Shown piece by piece: positions 39,778 to 49,044 of a DNA stretch of 64,000 bases (the first letter of the stretch is position 1; every line of letters begins with the position of its first letter). This DNA comes from an uncultured Pelagibacteraceae bacterium (GTDB lineage Bacteria > Pseudomonadota > Alphaproteobacteria > Pelagibacterales > Pelagibacteraceae). The notes under the pieces are model-generated. The model was not told the DNA's origin. It made no database searches and worked only from the letters and a program-made list of their open reading frames with translations. The stretch covers positions 42,863-106,862 of the forward strand of contig CACKZI010000001.1 of assembly GCA_902604605.1 (NCBI GenBank). Direction: 5' to 3'. A program made the position numbers and the translations under genes.

Positions 39778-41064
39778 ACTTTTTAAATAATTAATAATAT
39801 ACAACAAGTAGAAACCAGAAGAGGCAAAAACTATTCTATCAATAGTAGTTTTGAGTGAGTAAACAATCTCCATGTCCCGAAATAAATATGCTGAGAAGAT
39901 AAATAGAATATTTAGAAAATAAAAATTAAAATTAAATTTATCAAACTCATTATTAAAAATTTTTTTAAGTTTGAATAGAATTATTAGGGGGAATATTATG
40001 AAAATAATATTAGTTAGACTGTAATAAAATAGGTATGCAGAAATATTTAAAATCTTGAAAATTATAAGATCAAAATTTAATGATAAAATATAATCCAAAT
40101 AATATGGTTGATTATTTAGTTTAATGTCAAAAATTTTAAAAATTGTTATTTTTAAAATCAGAAAAAACAACATAATCAAATTAAATTTAATTCTATGATT
40201 TATATCTATTTTTTTTATAAAATTAATACAGATTAAAGTAATAAAGAAAAAAGCAATTCCCTCAGATTTTGTCCAAAGAATTAAGTTAAGTGCGAGAGTT
40301 ATAAATATAAGATATAAAAAATTTCTGTTATTTATATAATCAAAAACAAGTTTTGAAATTATAATTAAAAAACTAAATAGTATAACTTCTTGGAGACCTG
40401 AAAAATAATAATATTTATAGTTTAAAATTATTAATAATATAAAAATGATAGAGTTATAAATATTTTTTTTAAAAAAACTATTTGCAACTAACATTAAACT
40501 TCCGAGATAAATAAATAAATAAAACAATCTTCCAAAATATTCATATTGATTTAACGATATCTTTCTAAAAAAAGCCCACAAGTATGATCCTAAATGTGGA
40601 TGAAAATCATTATAAGTATAGTCTGAAAGTTGTTCATATGTGTTATCTTGAAAAAAATATAAGGATTTTATAAACCAAAACCATTTTGAGTCCCAACTAA
40701 GATTTAATTTATTTGAAATATCAATAGCTAAAACAAAAAACATAGCAAAGAAAATTAATAAATATGAAAATGATGATTTAATATTATTTTTTTTTAAATT
40801 AAGTAAATAATTTTTTATTAATAAAAATATCAATAAAGCATAAATAATATAAATATATTCTGAGAGTTTAAGTGGTAAAATTGATAAATATAGTAAAATA
40901 TTTAAATTTATCAAAAGGTTGAAATATAAATTTAGTTTACCTTCAATTTTGAGGTTCCCGTTATCAAGATTATAGATACTAAGAGGTCCTGACACGAAAA
41001 GTAAAAAAATAATAAATAACAAAAATATATCAATAATTTCAATCATTTTTTTATAACGTAACAA
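39760..41064 (-). CDS. Polytopic membrane protein, GT-C-like candidate
   Basis: Many TM helices, loop SWDSKWFWFIK...HP, and WTKSEG. Confidence 0.55.
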   Translation of the reverse strand: MLRYKKMIEIIDIFLLFIIFLLFVSGPLSIYNLDNGNLKIEGKLNLYFNLLINLNILLYLSILPLKLSEYIYIIYALLIFLLIKNYLLNLKKNNIKSSFSYLLIFFAMFFVLAIDISNKLNLSWDSKWFWFIKSLYFFQDNTYEQLSDYTYNDFHPHLGSYLWAFFRKISLNQYEYFGRLFYLFIYLGSLMLVANSFFKKNIYNSIIFILLIILNYKYYYFSGLQEVILFSFLIIISKLVFDYINNRNFLYLIFITLALNLILWTKSEGIAFFFITLICINFIKKIDINHRIKFNLIMLFFLILKITIFKIFDIKLNNQPYYLDYILSLNFDLIIFKILNISAYLFYYSLTNIIFIIFPLIILFKLKKIFNNEFDKFNFNFYFLNILFIFSAYLFRDMEIVYSLKTTIDRIVFASSGFYLLYIINYLKSLSFKN

Positions 41065-41741
41065 TTTTTATACTGATTAAGAATCTTGAACTGATCAATT
41101 AGAAATCTATTTTGAAAAATCATTTTTATTTCTGAAAAATTATCTTCATTTAATCTTATGAACAAATTTTTTTCATTAAGATTAAATTGACTTAATTCTT
41201 GATTTACTAAGAAATACTTCTCATTTTTATTTCTTATTAATTCTAAAGTTTTTATTTTTTTGAATTTATTATTTTTATCTAACTCATAAAAATCAATCTT
41301 TAATTTATTTACATTTTGATTGTCTATATATAAATATTTAATCTGATTCGAAAGTGTACTGTAAAAATATGTGTCTTTTATTTCAAAAAAATTTTCAGAA
41401 ATTTTATCAAGATCAAGATTAATTTCTGAACCAGGGTAATTGAGTAAAATAAAAATATTACTTTTACTATTAGTATATTTCGAATTATATATTGCCCATA
41501 AATTTTGTGGGGTATGTTCATAATTGATAATTTTAGGATTAGATTGAAAATTTAGTTTATTGTTTACATGTCTTAAATAACCAACACTTTCACCACCACA
41601 AAAACCATATAAATTTTCTATTCTTTTTTCCTCATTAATATTATGAGTGTTAATTAAATTTTTTATAAAGTCAGTCTTTTCAAATAAATATAAAAAACTG
41701 AAAATTATGATTAAAAGTGGAAAGTTTTTTTTTAAGTTCAT
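41043..41741 (-). CDS. Hypothetical protein with N-terminal membrane anchor
   Basis: 232-aa ORF with one hydrophobic N-terminal helix and YGFCGGESVGY; overlaps the downstream membrane protein gene. Confidence 0.6.
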   Translation of the reverse strand: MNLKKNFPLLIIIFSFLYLFEKTDFIKNLINTHNINEEKRIENLYGFCGGESVGYLRHVNNKLNFQSNPKIINYEHTPQNLWAIYNSKYTNSKSNIFILLNYPGSEINLDLDKISENFFEIKDTYFYSTLSNQIKYLYIDNQNVNKLKIDFYELDKNNKFKKIKTLELIRNKNEKYFLVNQELSQFNLNEKNLFIRLNEDNFSEIKMIFQNRFLIDQFKILNQYKNCYVIKK

Positions 41742-41753
41742 CGTTTCTTTAAT

Positions 41754-43172
41754 TTAAAGTTTTTTATTTATTATGTCTGAAATTTCATCTCCTAGTTTTA
41801 AGCTTAATTTAACAATTGTATAAGTTGGATTGGCATAACCAGAAGTTGTAAAAACAGAACTGCCTGCAATATATAAATTATTTGCATCATGAACTTTTAA
41901 ATTATTATCAACAACAGAATTATTTTTATCATCACCAATCCTTGTCCCTCCCATATGATGATGTACTCCTAGATTTTCATAGTAATTTAAATCAGATATA
42001 TTTTCTTTCACAGCAACTCTGCCTAATTTTTTTTGTATAAAAAGTGTAGCTAAATTTTCAAGAATAATTTTTGCTGAATAAAGAGTTTTTTTTGATTTCT
42101 TATAATGAATATTTGAAATTGGTATTTGATTTTCATCTTTGAGTCTTTTGTCTAAAACAATCTTATTATTTTCATTTGGAGCTTCCTCTAAATTCAAAAA
42201 AATATTTCCACATTTAAGATCTTTATTAAATAGCATTCTAGCTATTTTTTTCCCATATTCAGGTGAAACGCACAAAAAACTTTTTATTATTTCTTTATGA
42301 AATTTATTATCTTCATCTGCATTCATATATATAGCTCCACTTAAAATTTTTTTTTCTTCAATTAATTTTTGACTTGTAGCGAAATGAATTGGTCCTTCAT
42401 ATTTTAAAAAATCTTCATTTAACATGTTTTCCATTTTTGTTTTTTTTAGAAAACCAACACCACCTAAAAACCAAGGATGTGTCATCCAATATTTTCCAAT
42501 TGGTAGGATTGGATTGATTAAGTTATCATTTTTTTCTTTTGTCCAAAGTAAAATTCTTGAGTTTTCTACTCCACCGCAAGCTAAAATAAAAAATTTAGAC
42601 TTTATAAAAAAAACTTTTTTTTTTGAAATTACTTTAGCTTCCTTAATTAATTGCTTTTCACCAATAAAATGTGATATTTGAGAATTTAAGCATAAGTCTA
42701 TATATTTTGAATTGTGTATATGATCTTTAAATTTTTCAGCAAATCTAACATTAGAATACTGAAACTGGATTTGATTAAAATGATTATTTATTTTTGTTTT
42801 ATTAAATTTTAAATCGATATTGAGTATTTCAGAAGCCTCTTTTGAATAAGAATTAATTTTGTCAACATTTACAGTCCAATTTTTTAAATTCCAATTCTCA
42901 ATAGGTTTACACCATCCTCCCCAGTGACCACTAGTTCCACCTAATTGTCTTAGTCTACTATATCTTAAATCAGTGATATCATCTCCAATCACATTTGATA
43001 AATAACTTTCCTGTGATTTTTCACTATAATTTTCCTCACCAGCTTCAAGGATTAGAGAATTAATTTTTTTTTTCTCTAATTTTAAGGCTAGCGATATTCC
43101 AGCAGGTCCACTCCCAAAAATAACAACTGGATAATCTTTTTTAGGTAAATCTGAAAGAAACTTGTAAATCAT
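41754..43172 (-). CDS. GMC-family FAD oxidoreductase
   Basis: GSGPAG, LEAG, LGGTSGHWGG, ACGGVENSRILL, HHMGGTRIG, ANPT. Confidence 0.9.
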   Translation of the reverse strand: MIYKFLSDLPKKDYPVVIFGSGPAGISLALKLEKKKINSLILEAGEENYSEKSQESYLSNVIGDDITDLRYSRLRQLGGTSGHWGGWCKPIENWNLKNWTVNVDKINSYSKEASEILNIDLKFNKTKINNHFNQIQFQYSNVRFAEKFKDHIHNSKYIDLCLNSQISHFIGEKQLIKEAKVISKKKVFFIKSKFFILACGGVENSRILLWTKEKNDNLINPILPIGKYWMTHPWFLGGVGFLKKTKMENMLNEDFLKYEGPIHFATSQKLIEEKKILSGAIYMNADEDNKFHKEIIKSFLCVSPEYGKKIARMLFNKDLKCGNIFLNLEEAPNENNKIVLDKRLKDENQIPISNIHYKKSKKTLYSAKIILENLATLFIQKKLGRVAVKENISDLNYYENLGVHHHMGGTRIGDDKNNSVVDNNLKVHDANNLYIAGSSVFTTSGYANPTYTIVKLSLKLGDEISDIINKKL

Positions 43173-43333
43173 TAATCACTTTCATCTAAATACCAAATTA
43201 AATCTTTATTTTTCTTTTTTTTTAATTTTTTAATTTGGGATTGAATTTTATTATAAGGAATAATTAAGAATATATTTAGTAAAAATAAACCTGAAAAAAA
43301 GTTTTTTAAGAAAAATCTTCTATTTTTTAGCAT
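43172..43333 (-). CDS. 53-aa twin-arginine (Tat) signal microprotein, absent from the ORF track
   Basis: Manual translation MLKNRRFFLKNFFSGLFLLNIFLIIPYNKIQSQIKKLKKKKNKDLIWYLDESD*. RRxFLK plus hydrophobic helix; stop overlaps the GMC start (TAATG). Confidence 0.75.
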   Translation of the reverse strand: MLKNRRFFLKNFFSGLFLLNIFLIIPYNKIQSQIKKLKKKKNKDLIWYLDESD

Positions 43334-43394
43334 TAATAAATATTAGTAAAGAATTAGGATAAATCAAAGTTTATATTAAAAATTTTTTATAAAA

Positions 43395-44681
43395 CTAATT
43401 TGAATTAGAATTTTTGAGGTTTAAGTACGTAATAGAAAAAATTATCCAGAATAATGAACCATTAAATGTGCTAAATATTCCCGCGCCAGGTAATAAGGGT
43501 AAAAAGAAAAAAGAAATATATGATATATTATTGAGGTGATTAATATTTTTACTTTTAATGAATATTTTTATATTTTTTAATAAAAAGGATCCTATAAAAT
43601 AAATAATTAATAAATAACCAACAATTCCCTGCTCAGATAAAATTTCAAAGTGGATCTGATGAGGATGAGTGCTACATCTTTGAATAGAAAATTTACTATT
43701 TTTATCAAAATATATCTCCCTTGAACATTCTTTTCGGTAATTTTTATTTCCTATTCCACTTATAGGATAATTTTTAAAAATTTTTAGGGCAGTTTCAAAG
43801 TGAGCAATATATCTAATATTTTCAAACTTATCTAATATATTCTTTTTTTCATCAACAATTATAATTCTTTCAAAAAATAGAGAGTACCTATTTTTAATAT
43901 TTTCACTAAAGAAGAAAAAAGTTGAGATTATAATTAAAAAAATTGGAGCTAAATATTTGTAGCTGAAAAAAAATTTTTTATCTTTTAAAAAGAATAAAAG
44001 GGTAAAAAATATTAAGACTGATTTGATAAAGTTTGATCTTTCACCTGTTAAAAATATCGCTATAGGGATAATCAAAAAGATAATAAGTAAAAAAAAATTT
44101 TTCTTTTTATCATTATTTTCATTGAGAAAATATGTCATTGAGCTAAATCCAAAACAAAGGATATAACCGCCGACTACCATTTCATCTTTAAAAAAAGATA
44201 TTACTCTTTCACTTGTTGGGCTTACGTATCCAAATAAATTTTTTCCGAAGTATTTCTCATAAAAAATATCGAATATTATAAATAAAGAAATAATTAACCA
44301 ATTTTTTTGTACAATTTTTAAAATTTTCCCATTCTCAAGTAATTTGGAAAATGAAAACACTAACAATATAAATTTTATAAAAAGCAGAGATCTTATTAAA
44401 CCATCACTCTCATCTTCTATTATAAAGTAATATGAGTATAATGAATTTAAAATTAAAAAAATATAAATTGTGATAAGAAAAAGAAAAGTTTTACTTTTTA
44501 TCCAGCCCCAAAAATTTGATTTAATACAATAAAGTAAAAATAATAAATCTATAAATAATATATTAAAATTAATTGCAGCATTTCCAACAATAAAAGATAT
44601 AGGTAAAAAAGTAAAAAGAGTAATTACCGCTAAATTATGATAGTTATTTTTATTATTTATTAATTGATTAATTATTTGCAT
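43395..44681 (-). CDS. O-antigen ligase / O-oligosaccharyltransferase family (Wzy_C)
   Basis: Multi-TM with TGERS, P..GIG, STHPHQIHFEILSEQGIVG. Confidence 0.83.
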   Translation of the reverse strand: MQIINQLINNKNNYHNLAVITLFTFLPISFIVGNAAINFNILFIDLLFLLYCIKSNFWGWIKSKTFLFLITIYIFLILNSLYSYYFIIEDESDGLIRSLLFIKFILLVFSFSKLLENGKILKIVQKNWLIISLFIIFDIFYEKYFGKNLFGYVSPTSERVISFFKDEMVVGGYILCFGFSSMTYFLNENNDKKKNFFLLIIFLIIPIAIFLTGERSNFIKSVLIFFTLLFFLKDKKFFFSYKYLAPIFLIIISTFFFFSENIKNRYSLFFERIIIVDEKKNILDKFENIRYIAHFETALKIFKNYPISGIGNKNYRKECSREIYFDKNSKFSIQRCSTHPHQIHFEILSEQGIVGYLLIIYFIGSFLLKNIKIFIKSKNINHLNNISYISFFFLPLLPGAGIFSTFNGSLFWIIFSITYLNLKNSNSN

Positions 44682-44708
44682 AAACTATATAGCTAATTTT
44701 AGTTGATA

Positions 44709-46340
44709 ATGTATCAAATTTTACTTTTATTATTTTTTTATTTTTTAATTTTGTACTCTATTTTAGGATACGGAAAGATACTTACATTAATTAATTCAAA
44801 TTATCAAGCTAGCTCATTTGATGGATTATTTGGAATTGTATTTTTAATTTTAATTTCTTACTTAACAAATTTTTTCTTCCCTCATAATTATCTTCATAAT
44901 TCAATTATTTTAATAATTGGCTTAATAATATTTATCTATGATTTGAATAAAAATTTTTTAAAAAGAATTTTTGATTATAGAGATATATCAATTATTTTTT
45001 TAATCATTTTTATAGGGATTTTGATGTTTAAAAATCATGATGATTTTTATTATTATCATTTTCCTTACACTATTATACTTACTGAATTTGAAAAAATATT
45101 CGGACTAGGAAATTTAAATCATGGTTTTAGAACACCGTCATCAATTTTTTATTTAAATTCTTTATTTTATTTACCCATCATAAAATATTTTATGATCAAT
45201 AGTGGAGCAATATACATATTAGGTCTTTCAAATTTTATTTTGTACAAACTTATTAAAAGTCTACTAGATAAAAATAAATTTAATCACATATTATTTCTAT
45301 CTTTGTTATCCTTAATTTATATTAATTCAACTTTCGCAAGACTTGCTGAGCACGGGACGGATAGATCTGCTTTAATTTTAATTTTTTTGATGAGTATTTT
45401 TTATTTAAAAAGTCTAGATTTTGAAAATTCAAGAATAAATCTAAAATACTTCGATAATTATTACTCTAAATTAGCTATACTTTTTGGATTAATTATTTCA
45501 TTAAAAGCTTTCTATTTAATCTATTCAGTGATTTTTATTATATGGTTTTTACAAATAAAGAAATTTTTGAATATAAAAAAATTCAGTAATTTAATTTTTA
45601 AAAATTTTTATACTTATTTTGTTCTAATAATTTTTATCCTAACTATTTTTACGATGTTTTCCAATACAGGATGTTTGATTTATCCTGCTAGCTTTACATG
45701 TTTTGAAAATTTAAGTTGGTCGATTCCAGTCGATCAAGTAAATCAAATGAAACTTTGGTATGAACAATGGTCTAAAGCGGGAGCAAGTCCCAACTTTAGA
45801 GTTGAAGATCCACAAACTTATGTATCTAATTTTAATTGGGTAAATAATTGGATTGAAGCTTATTTTTTTAATAAAGTATCAGATAATATTCTTGTTATAA
45901 TTTTTATTTCAATATTCATATTTTTTTTATTTTCTTATAATTCAAAAAAAAAAGATAATACTAAAAAAAATTTTTGGTTATTTTACTTCTTGATATTTTT
46001 ATTATTTATAGAATGGTTTTATAACCATCCAACTTTAAGATATGGGGGCTATACTTTACTTGCATTAATTTTTTTTGTTCCAGTGTCAATTTATTTGAGC
46101 AGATATAAGTTAGATTCACAATTAACTAAAAAAAAAACTTATTCTATATTTTTTCTAATAATATTAATTTTTATGACAAGAAATGTCTTGAGGATTGAAA
46201 AAGAATATAGACAGTACGATTACAACCCGTTTAAAAGTGCTTTTTTCTATTTGAATAAAGATGGATTTATATTAAATGATACTGTCAAAAAAAGATTAAA
46301 AAATACAAATAAAAAATTTTTAGTAATTACTAATAAATGA
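44709..46340 (+). CDS. Polytopic membrane protein, GT-C-like candidate
   Basis: More than ten TM helices, HDDFYYYH loop, GLGNL, TGCLIYP, PTLRYGG. Confidence 0.55.
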   Translation: MYQILLLLFFYFLILYSILGYGKILTLINSNYQASSFDGLFGIVFLILISYLTNFFFPHNYLHNSIILIIGLIIFIYDLNKNFLKRIFDYRDISIIFLIIFIGILMFKNHDDFYYYHFPYTIILTEFEKIFGLGNLNHGFRTPSSIFYLNSLFYLPIIKYFMINSGAIYILGLSNFILYKLIKSLLDKNKFNHILFLSLLSLIYINSTFARLAEHGTDRSALILIFLMSIFYLKSLDFENSRINLKYFDNYYSKLAILFGLIISLKAFYLIYSVIFIIWFLQIKKFLNIKKFSNLIFKNFYTYFVLIIFILTIFTMFSNTGCLIYPASFTCFENLSWSIPVDQVNQMKLWYEQWSKAGASPNFRVEDPQTYVSNFNWVNNWIEAYFFNKVSDNILVIIFISIFIFFLFSYNSKKKDNTKKNFWLFYFLIFLLFIEWFYNHPTLRYGGYTLLALIFFVPVSIYLSRYKLDSQLTKKKTYSIFFLIILIFMTRNVLRIEKEYRQYDYNPFKSAFFYLNKDGFILNDTVKKRLKNTNKKFLVITNK

Positions 46341-47215
46341 AAAAAAGTATTGTCATAACAGGTGGCGCAGGTTTTGTTGGTGCAAATTTAATTAAATATT
46401 TACTAAGGAAATCAAGTTATAATTTAATTAGTATAGATAATTATTCTTCAGGTTCATCATCTAATCATATTAAATCTAAGAGAGTAAAGTATTTTAAAGG
46501 AGATACAAAAAATATTAATAAAATTTTACCTCATCCAAAAAAAATTCATTCAATCTTTCATTTTGGAGAATTTTCAAGAATTTATCAAAGTTTTTTACAA
46601 ATGGAAAAGTGCTTAGACTCAAACACAGTTGGAACTAATTCAGTTTTTAATTATTGTTTGACGAACAAAATTAAATTGATCTACTCAGCAACATCAGCTT
46701 CATTAGGTAACAAAGGTAAGGATAAAGACTTGTCACCTTATGCTTTTACTAAAGCAAAAAATTTAGAATTGTTAGAAAATTTAAAAAAATGGTTTAGTTT
46801 TAGATATGAGATTATATATTTTTATAATGTTTATGGACCTAATCAGATTTCAAAAGGAAGAATGGCAACTGTAATTGGTATTTTTGAAAATCATTATAGA
46901 AAAAAGATTGCCCTACCAGTTGTAAGGCCAGGTTCTCAATCGAGAAGATTTACTCATATAGAGGATACAATAAAAGTTTGTTTTAAAGCTTGGAAAGAAA
47001 ACAAATGCAGACACTATAGTATTTTTAATAAAAAATCTTATACAGTTTTACAAGTCGCAAAAATGTTTAAAACAAAAATAAAATTTTTACCAAAAAGAAG
47101 AGGTGAGAGATATGCTTCAGCACTAACAAATATTAACTTATCCAATAAAGTTCACAGGATAGTAGGTCAGATTGATTTGAAAGATTATATCAATAAAATT
47201 GTTAAAAATTATTAA
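46337..47215 (+). CDS. NAD-dependent nucleotide-sugar epimerase/dehydratase
   Basis: TGGAGFVG, SPYAFTK, FYNVYGP, RRFTH. Confidence 0.87.
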   Translation: MKKSIVITGGAGFVGANLIKYLLRKSSYNLISIDNYSSGSSSNHIKSKRVKYFKGDTKNINKILPHPKKIHSIFHFGEFSRIYQSFLQMEKCLDSNTVGTNSVFNYCLTNKIKLIYSATSASLGNKGKDKDLSPYAFTKAKNLELLENLKKWFSFRYEIIYFYNVYGPNQISKGRMATVIGIFENHYRKKIALPVVRPGSQSRRFTHIEDTIKVCFKAWKENKCRHYSIFNKKSYTVLQVAKMFKTKIKFLPKRRGERYASALTNINLSNKVHRIVGQIDLKDYINKIVKNY

Positions 47216-47234
47216 AAAGTAAAAGAAATTTCTG

Positions 47235-47262
47235 TTTACAATTACTTTGAATTATATATAAA
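47235..47262 (+). promoter_or_regulatory. Probable promoter of the stand-alone 5S rRNA gene
   Basis: TTTACA-16 nt-TATAAA ending 5 nt before the 5S 5' end. Confidence 0.45.
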
Positions 47263-47267
47263 TCCAC

Positions 47268-47383
47268 TGCCGGTAACTATTGCGAAAGGGTTATACCCGA
47301 TCCCATTCCGAACTCGGAAGTCAAGCCTTTCTGCGCCGATGGTACTTTGTCTTAAGGCATGGAAGAGTAGGACGTTGCCGGCA
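47268..47383 (+). rRNA. rrf: 5S rRNA, not adjacent to a 23S gene
   Basis: Terminal helix TGCCGGTAAC/GTTGCCGGCA, CCCATTCCGAAC, GCCGATGGTACT, GAGTAGG; followed by a T run. Confidence 0.96.
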
Positions 47384-47393
47384 TTTTTTTATT

Positions 47394-47519
47394 ATGAAAA
47401 TTAAAAGTTCATTAAAATCTATAAAAAAAAGAGACCTTAATTCTAAGCTAGTTAAGAGAAGAGGTCGTGTCTACATAATAAATAAAACTAATCCAAAATT
47501 CAAAGCAAGACAAAAATAA
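47394..47519 (+). CDS. rpmJ: 50S ribosomal protein L36, zinc-free (type B)
   Basis: [41 protein letters not shown], 41 aa, no Cys. Confidence 0.93.
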   Translation: MKIKSSLKSIKKRDLNSKLVKRRGRVYIINKTNPKFKARQK

Positions 47520-47524
47520 TTTTT

Positions 47525-47635
47525 ATGGATAATGAAAACCATAAAAAAACTTGGAATAATTTTACCAAATTTGTACTGTGGGGAACTGTCGCTGTTATTC
47601 TAGTTTTAGTTCTTATGGCAATATTCTTGTTATAA
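47525..47635 (+). CDS. aa3-type cytochrome c oxidase subunit IV-like microprotein (36 aa)
   Basis: MDNENHKKTWNNFTKFVLWGTVAVILVLVLMAIFLL*: H..T...F plus one TM helix; this family often precedes pntA in alphaproteobacteria. Confidence 0.75.
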   Translation: MDNENHKKTWNNFTKFVLWGTVAVILVLVLMAIFLL

Positions 47636-47644
47636 ACTTTATTT

Positions 47645-48733
47645 ATGAGAATAGCATCAGTTTTAGAAGATAAAAAAACAGAAAAAAGAATAGCTATCAC
47701 GCCAGAGATAGTTAAAAAATATACCTCATTAGGATTTAAAATTTCTTTAGTAAAGGATTATGGTAAGCACTTAGGATTTGATGATGAAAAATTTAAAGAA
47801 CTTGGAGTGGAAATAAAAGACGATGAAAAAAGTATTTTGGAAAATTCAGATATTATTTTACAATTAAATTTACCATCTGATGAAAAACTATCTCATTTAA
47901 AAGAAAATCAAACTTTAATTGGTGTTTTAAATCCATATTTGAATAAAGAAAAAATAGGTAATTTAATAAAAAAAAAGATAAATAATTTTTCATTGGAATT
48001 ACTGCCAAGGATTACAAGAGCACAATCAATGGATATCTTATCTTCTCAAGCAAACCTAGCAGGTTATAAAGCTGTAGTAGAATCATTTTCACATTTTGAG
48101 AAAGCTGTACCTATGATGATGACTGCTGCTGGCACAGTTCCTGCAGCTAAAGTTTTGGTAGTTGGAGCAGGAGTTGCAGGGTTGCAAGCTATTGCAACAG
48201 CAAAAAGAATGGGAGCAATTGTTTTTGCGACTGATGTTAGAATGGCATCAAAAGAACAAGTAGAAAGTTTAGGAGGTAAATTTTTGATGGTTGAGGGAGC
48301 TGAAAACCTAGAAACAGAAGGAGGATATGCAAAAGAGGCTTCTGAAGAATTTAAAAAAAAACAAGAGGAACTTTTAGCCGAAACTTTAAAAAAGATTGAT
48401 ATTGTAATTTGTACAGCATTAATTCCTGGAAAAAAAGCGCCTATAATTATAAAAGAAGAAATGGTAAAGAGGATGCAACCAGGATCTATAATTTATGATT
48501 TAGCAGCTGTACAAGGTGGTAATACCGCATTTACTGAAGTAGATAAAATTGTAAATAATAATAATGTAACAATAATGGGAGAAACAAACATTTTAAATAA
48601 ATTACCTGTATCAGCTTCTAATCTTTATGCAAAAAATTTATTCAATTTTGTAGCTAATCTTTATGATAAAGAAAATAAGGCTATTAAGATAAATTTAGAA
48701 GACGAAATTATAGAAAAAACATTAATAAAATAA
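47645..48733 (+). CDS. pntA: NAD(P) transhydrogenase alpha subunit, part 1
   Basis: PRITRAQSMDILSSQ, GAGVAGL, GGYAK, TALIPG. Confidence 0.96.
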   Translation: MRIASVLEDKKTEKRIAITPEIVKKYTSLGFKISLVKDYGKHLGFDDEKFKELGVEIKDDEKSILENSDIILQLNLPSDEKLSHLKENQTLIGVLNPYLNKEKIGNLIKKKINNFSLELLPRITRAQSMDILSSQANLAGYKAVVESFSHFEKAVPMMMTAAGTVPAAKVLVVGAGVAGLQAIATAKRMGAIVFATDVRMASKEQVESLGGKFLMVEGAENLETEGGYAKEASEEFKKKQEELLAETLKKIDIVICTALIPGKKAPIIIKEEMVKRMQPGSIIYDLAAVQGGNTAFTEVDKIVNNNNVTIMGETNILNKLPVSASNLYAKNLFNFVANLYDKENKAIKINLEDEIIEKTLIK

Positions 48734-48735
48734 TT

Positions 48736-49044
48736 ATGGAAATTGATCCTTTTATATTCCGTCTTAGTATATTCATTTTATCAATTTTTGTGGGCTATTA
48801 TGTTGTATGGAGTGTAACTCCATCTTTACATACTCCTTTAATGTCTGTAACGAATGCAATTTCATCAGTTATAATAGTTGGTGCAATTATTGCTGCTCTA
48901 GCAAATAATGATAGTAACGTTTTTTCAACATCGAGTTCTTTTGGATATTTGGCAATTACATTAGCAGCTATAAATATTTTTGGTGGTTTTTTAGTTACTC
49001 AACGAATGTTAGCTATGTATAAGAAAAAGAAGAAGGATAAATGA
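48736..49044 (+). CDS. pntA: NAD(P) transhydrogenase alpha subunit, part 2
   Basis: LHTPLMSVTNAIS and NIFGGFLVTQRML. Confidence 0.95.
   Translation: MEIDPFIFRLSIFILSIFVGYYVVWSVTPSLHTPLMSVTNAISSVIIVGAIIAALANNDSNVFSTSSSFGYLAITLAAINIFGGFLVTQRMLAMYKKKKKDK

Larger units (their letters stand above)
1..47215. other. Cell-surface glycan biosynthesis island (HVR2-like), right end at the 5S rRNA gene
   Basis: Continuous run of glycan and modification genes with frequent strand switches, ending at rrf. SAR11 HVR2 is known to lie between 23S and 5S; the left boundary is not in the window. Confidence 0.8.

Noticed and set aside
47280-47393. N-terminal extension of the 79-aa ORF 47280..47519
   Set aside because: It overlaps the 5S rRNA; the real L36 starts at ATG 47394.
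47500-47700. 66-aa minus-strand ORF
   Set aside because: Shadow of the plus-strand subunit IV-like ORF and the pntA start.
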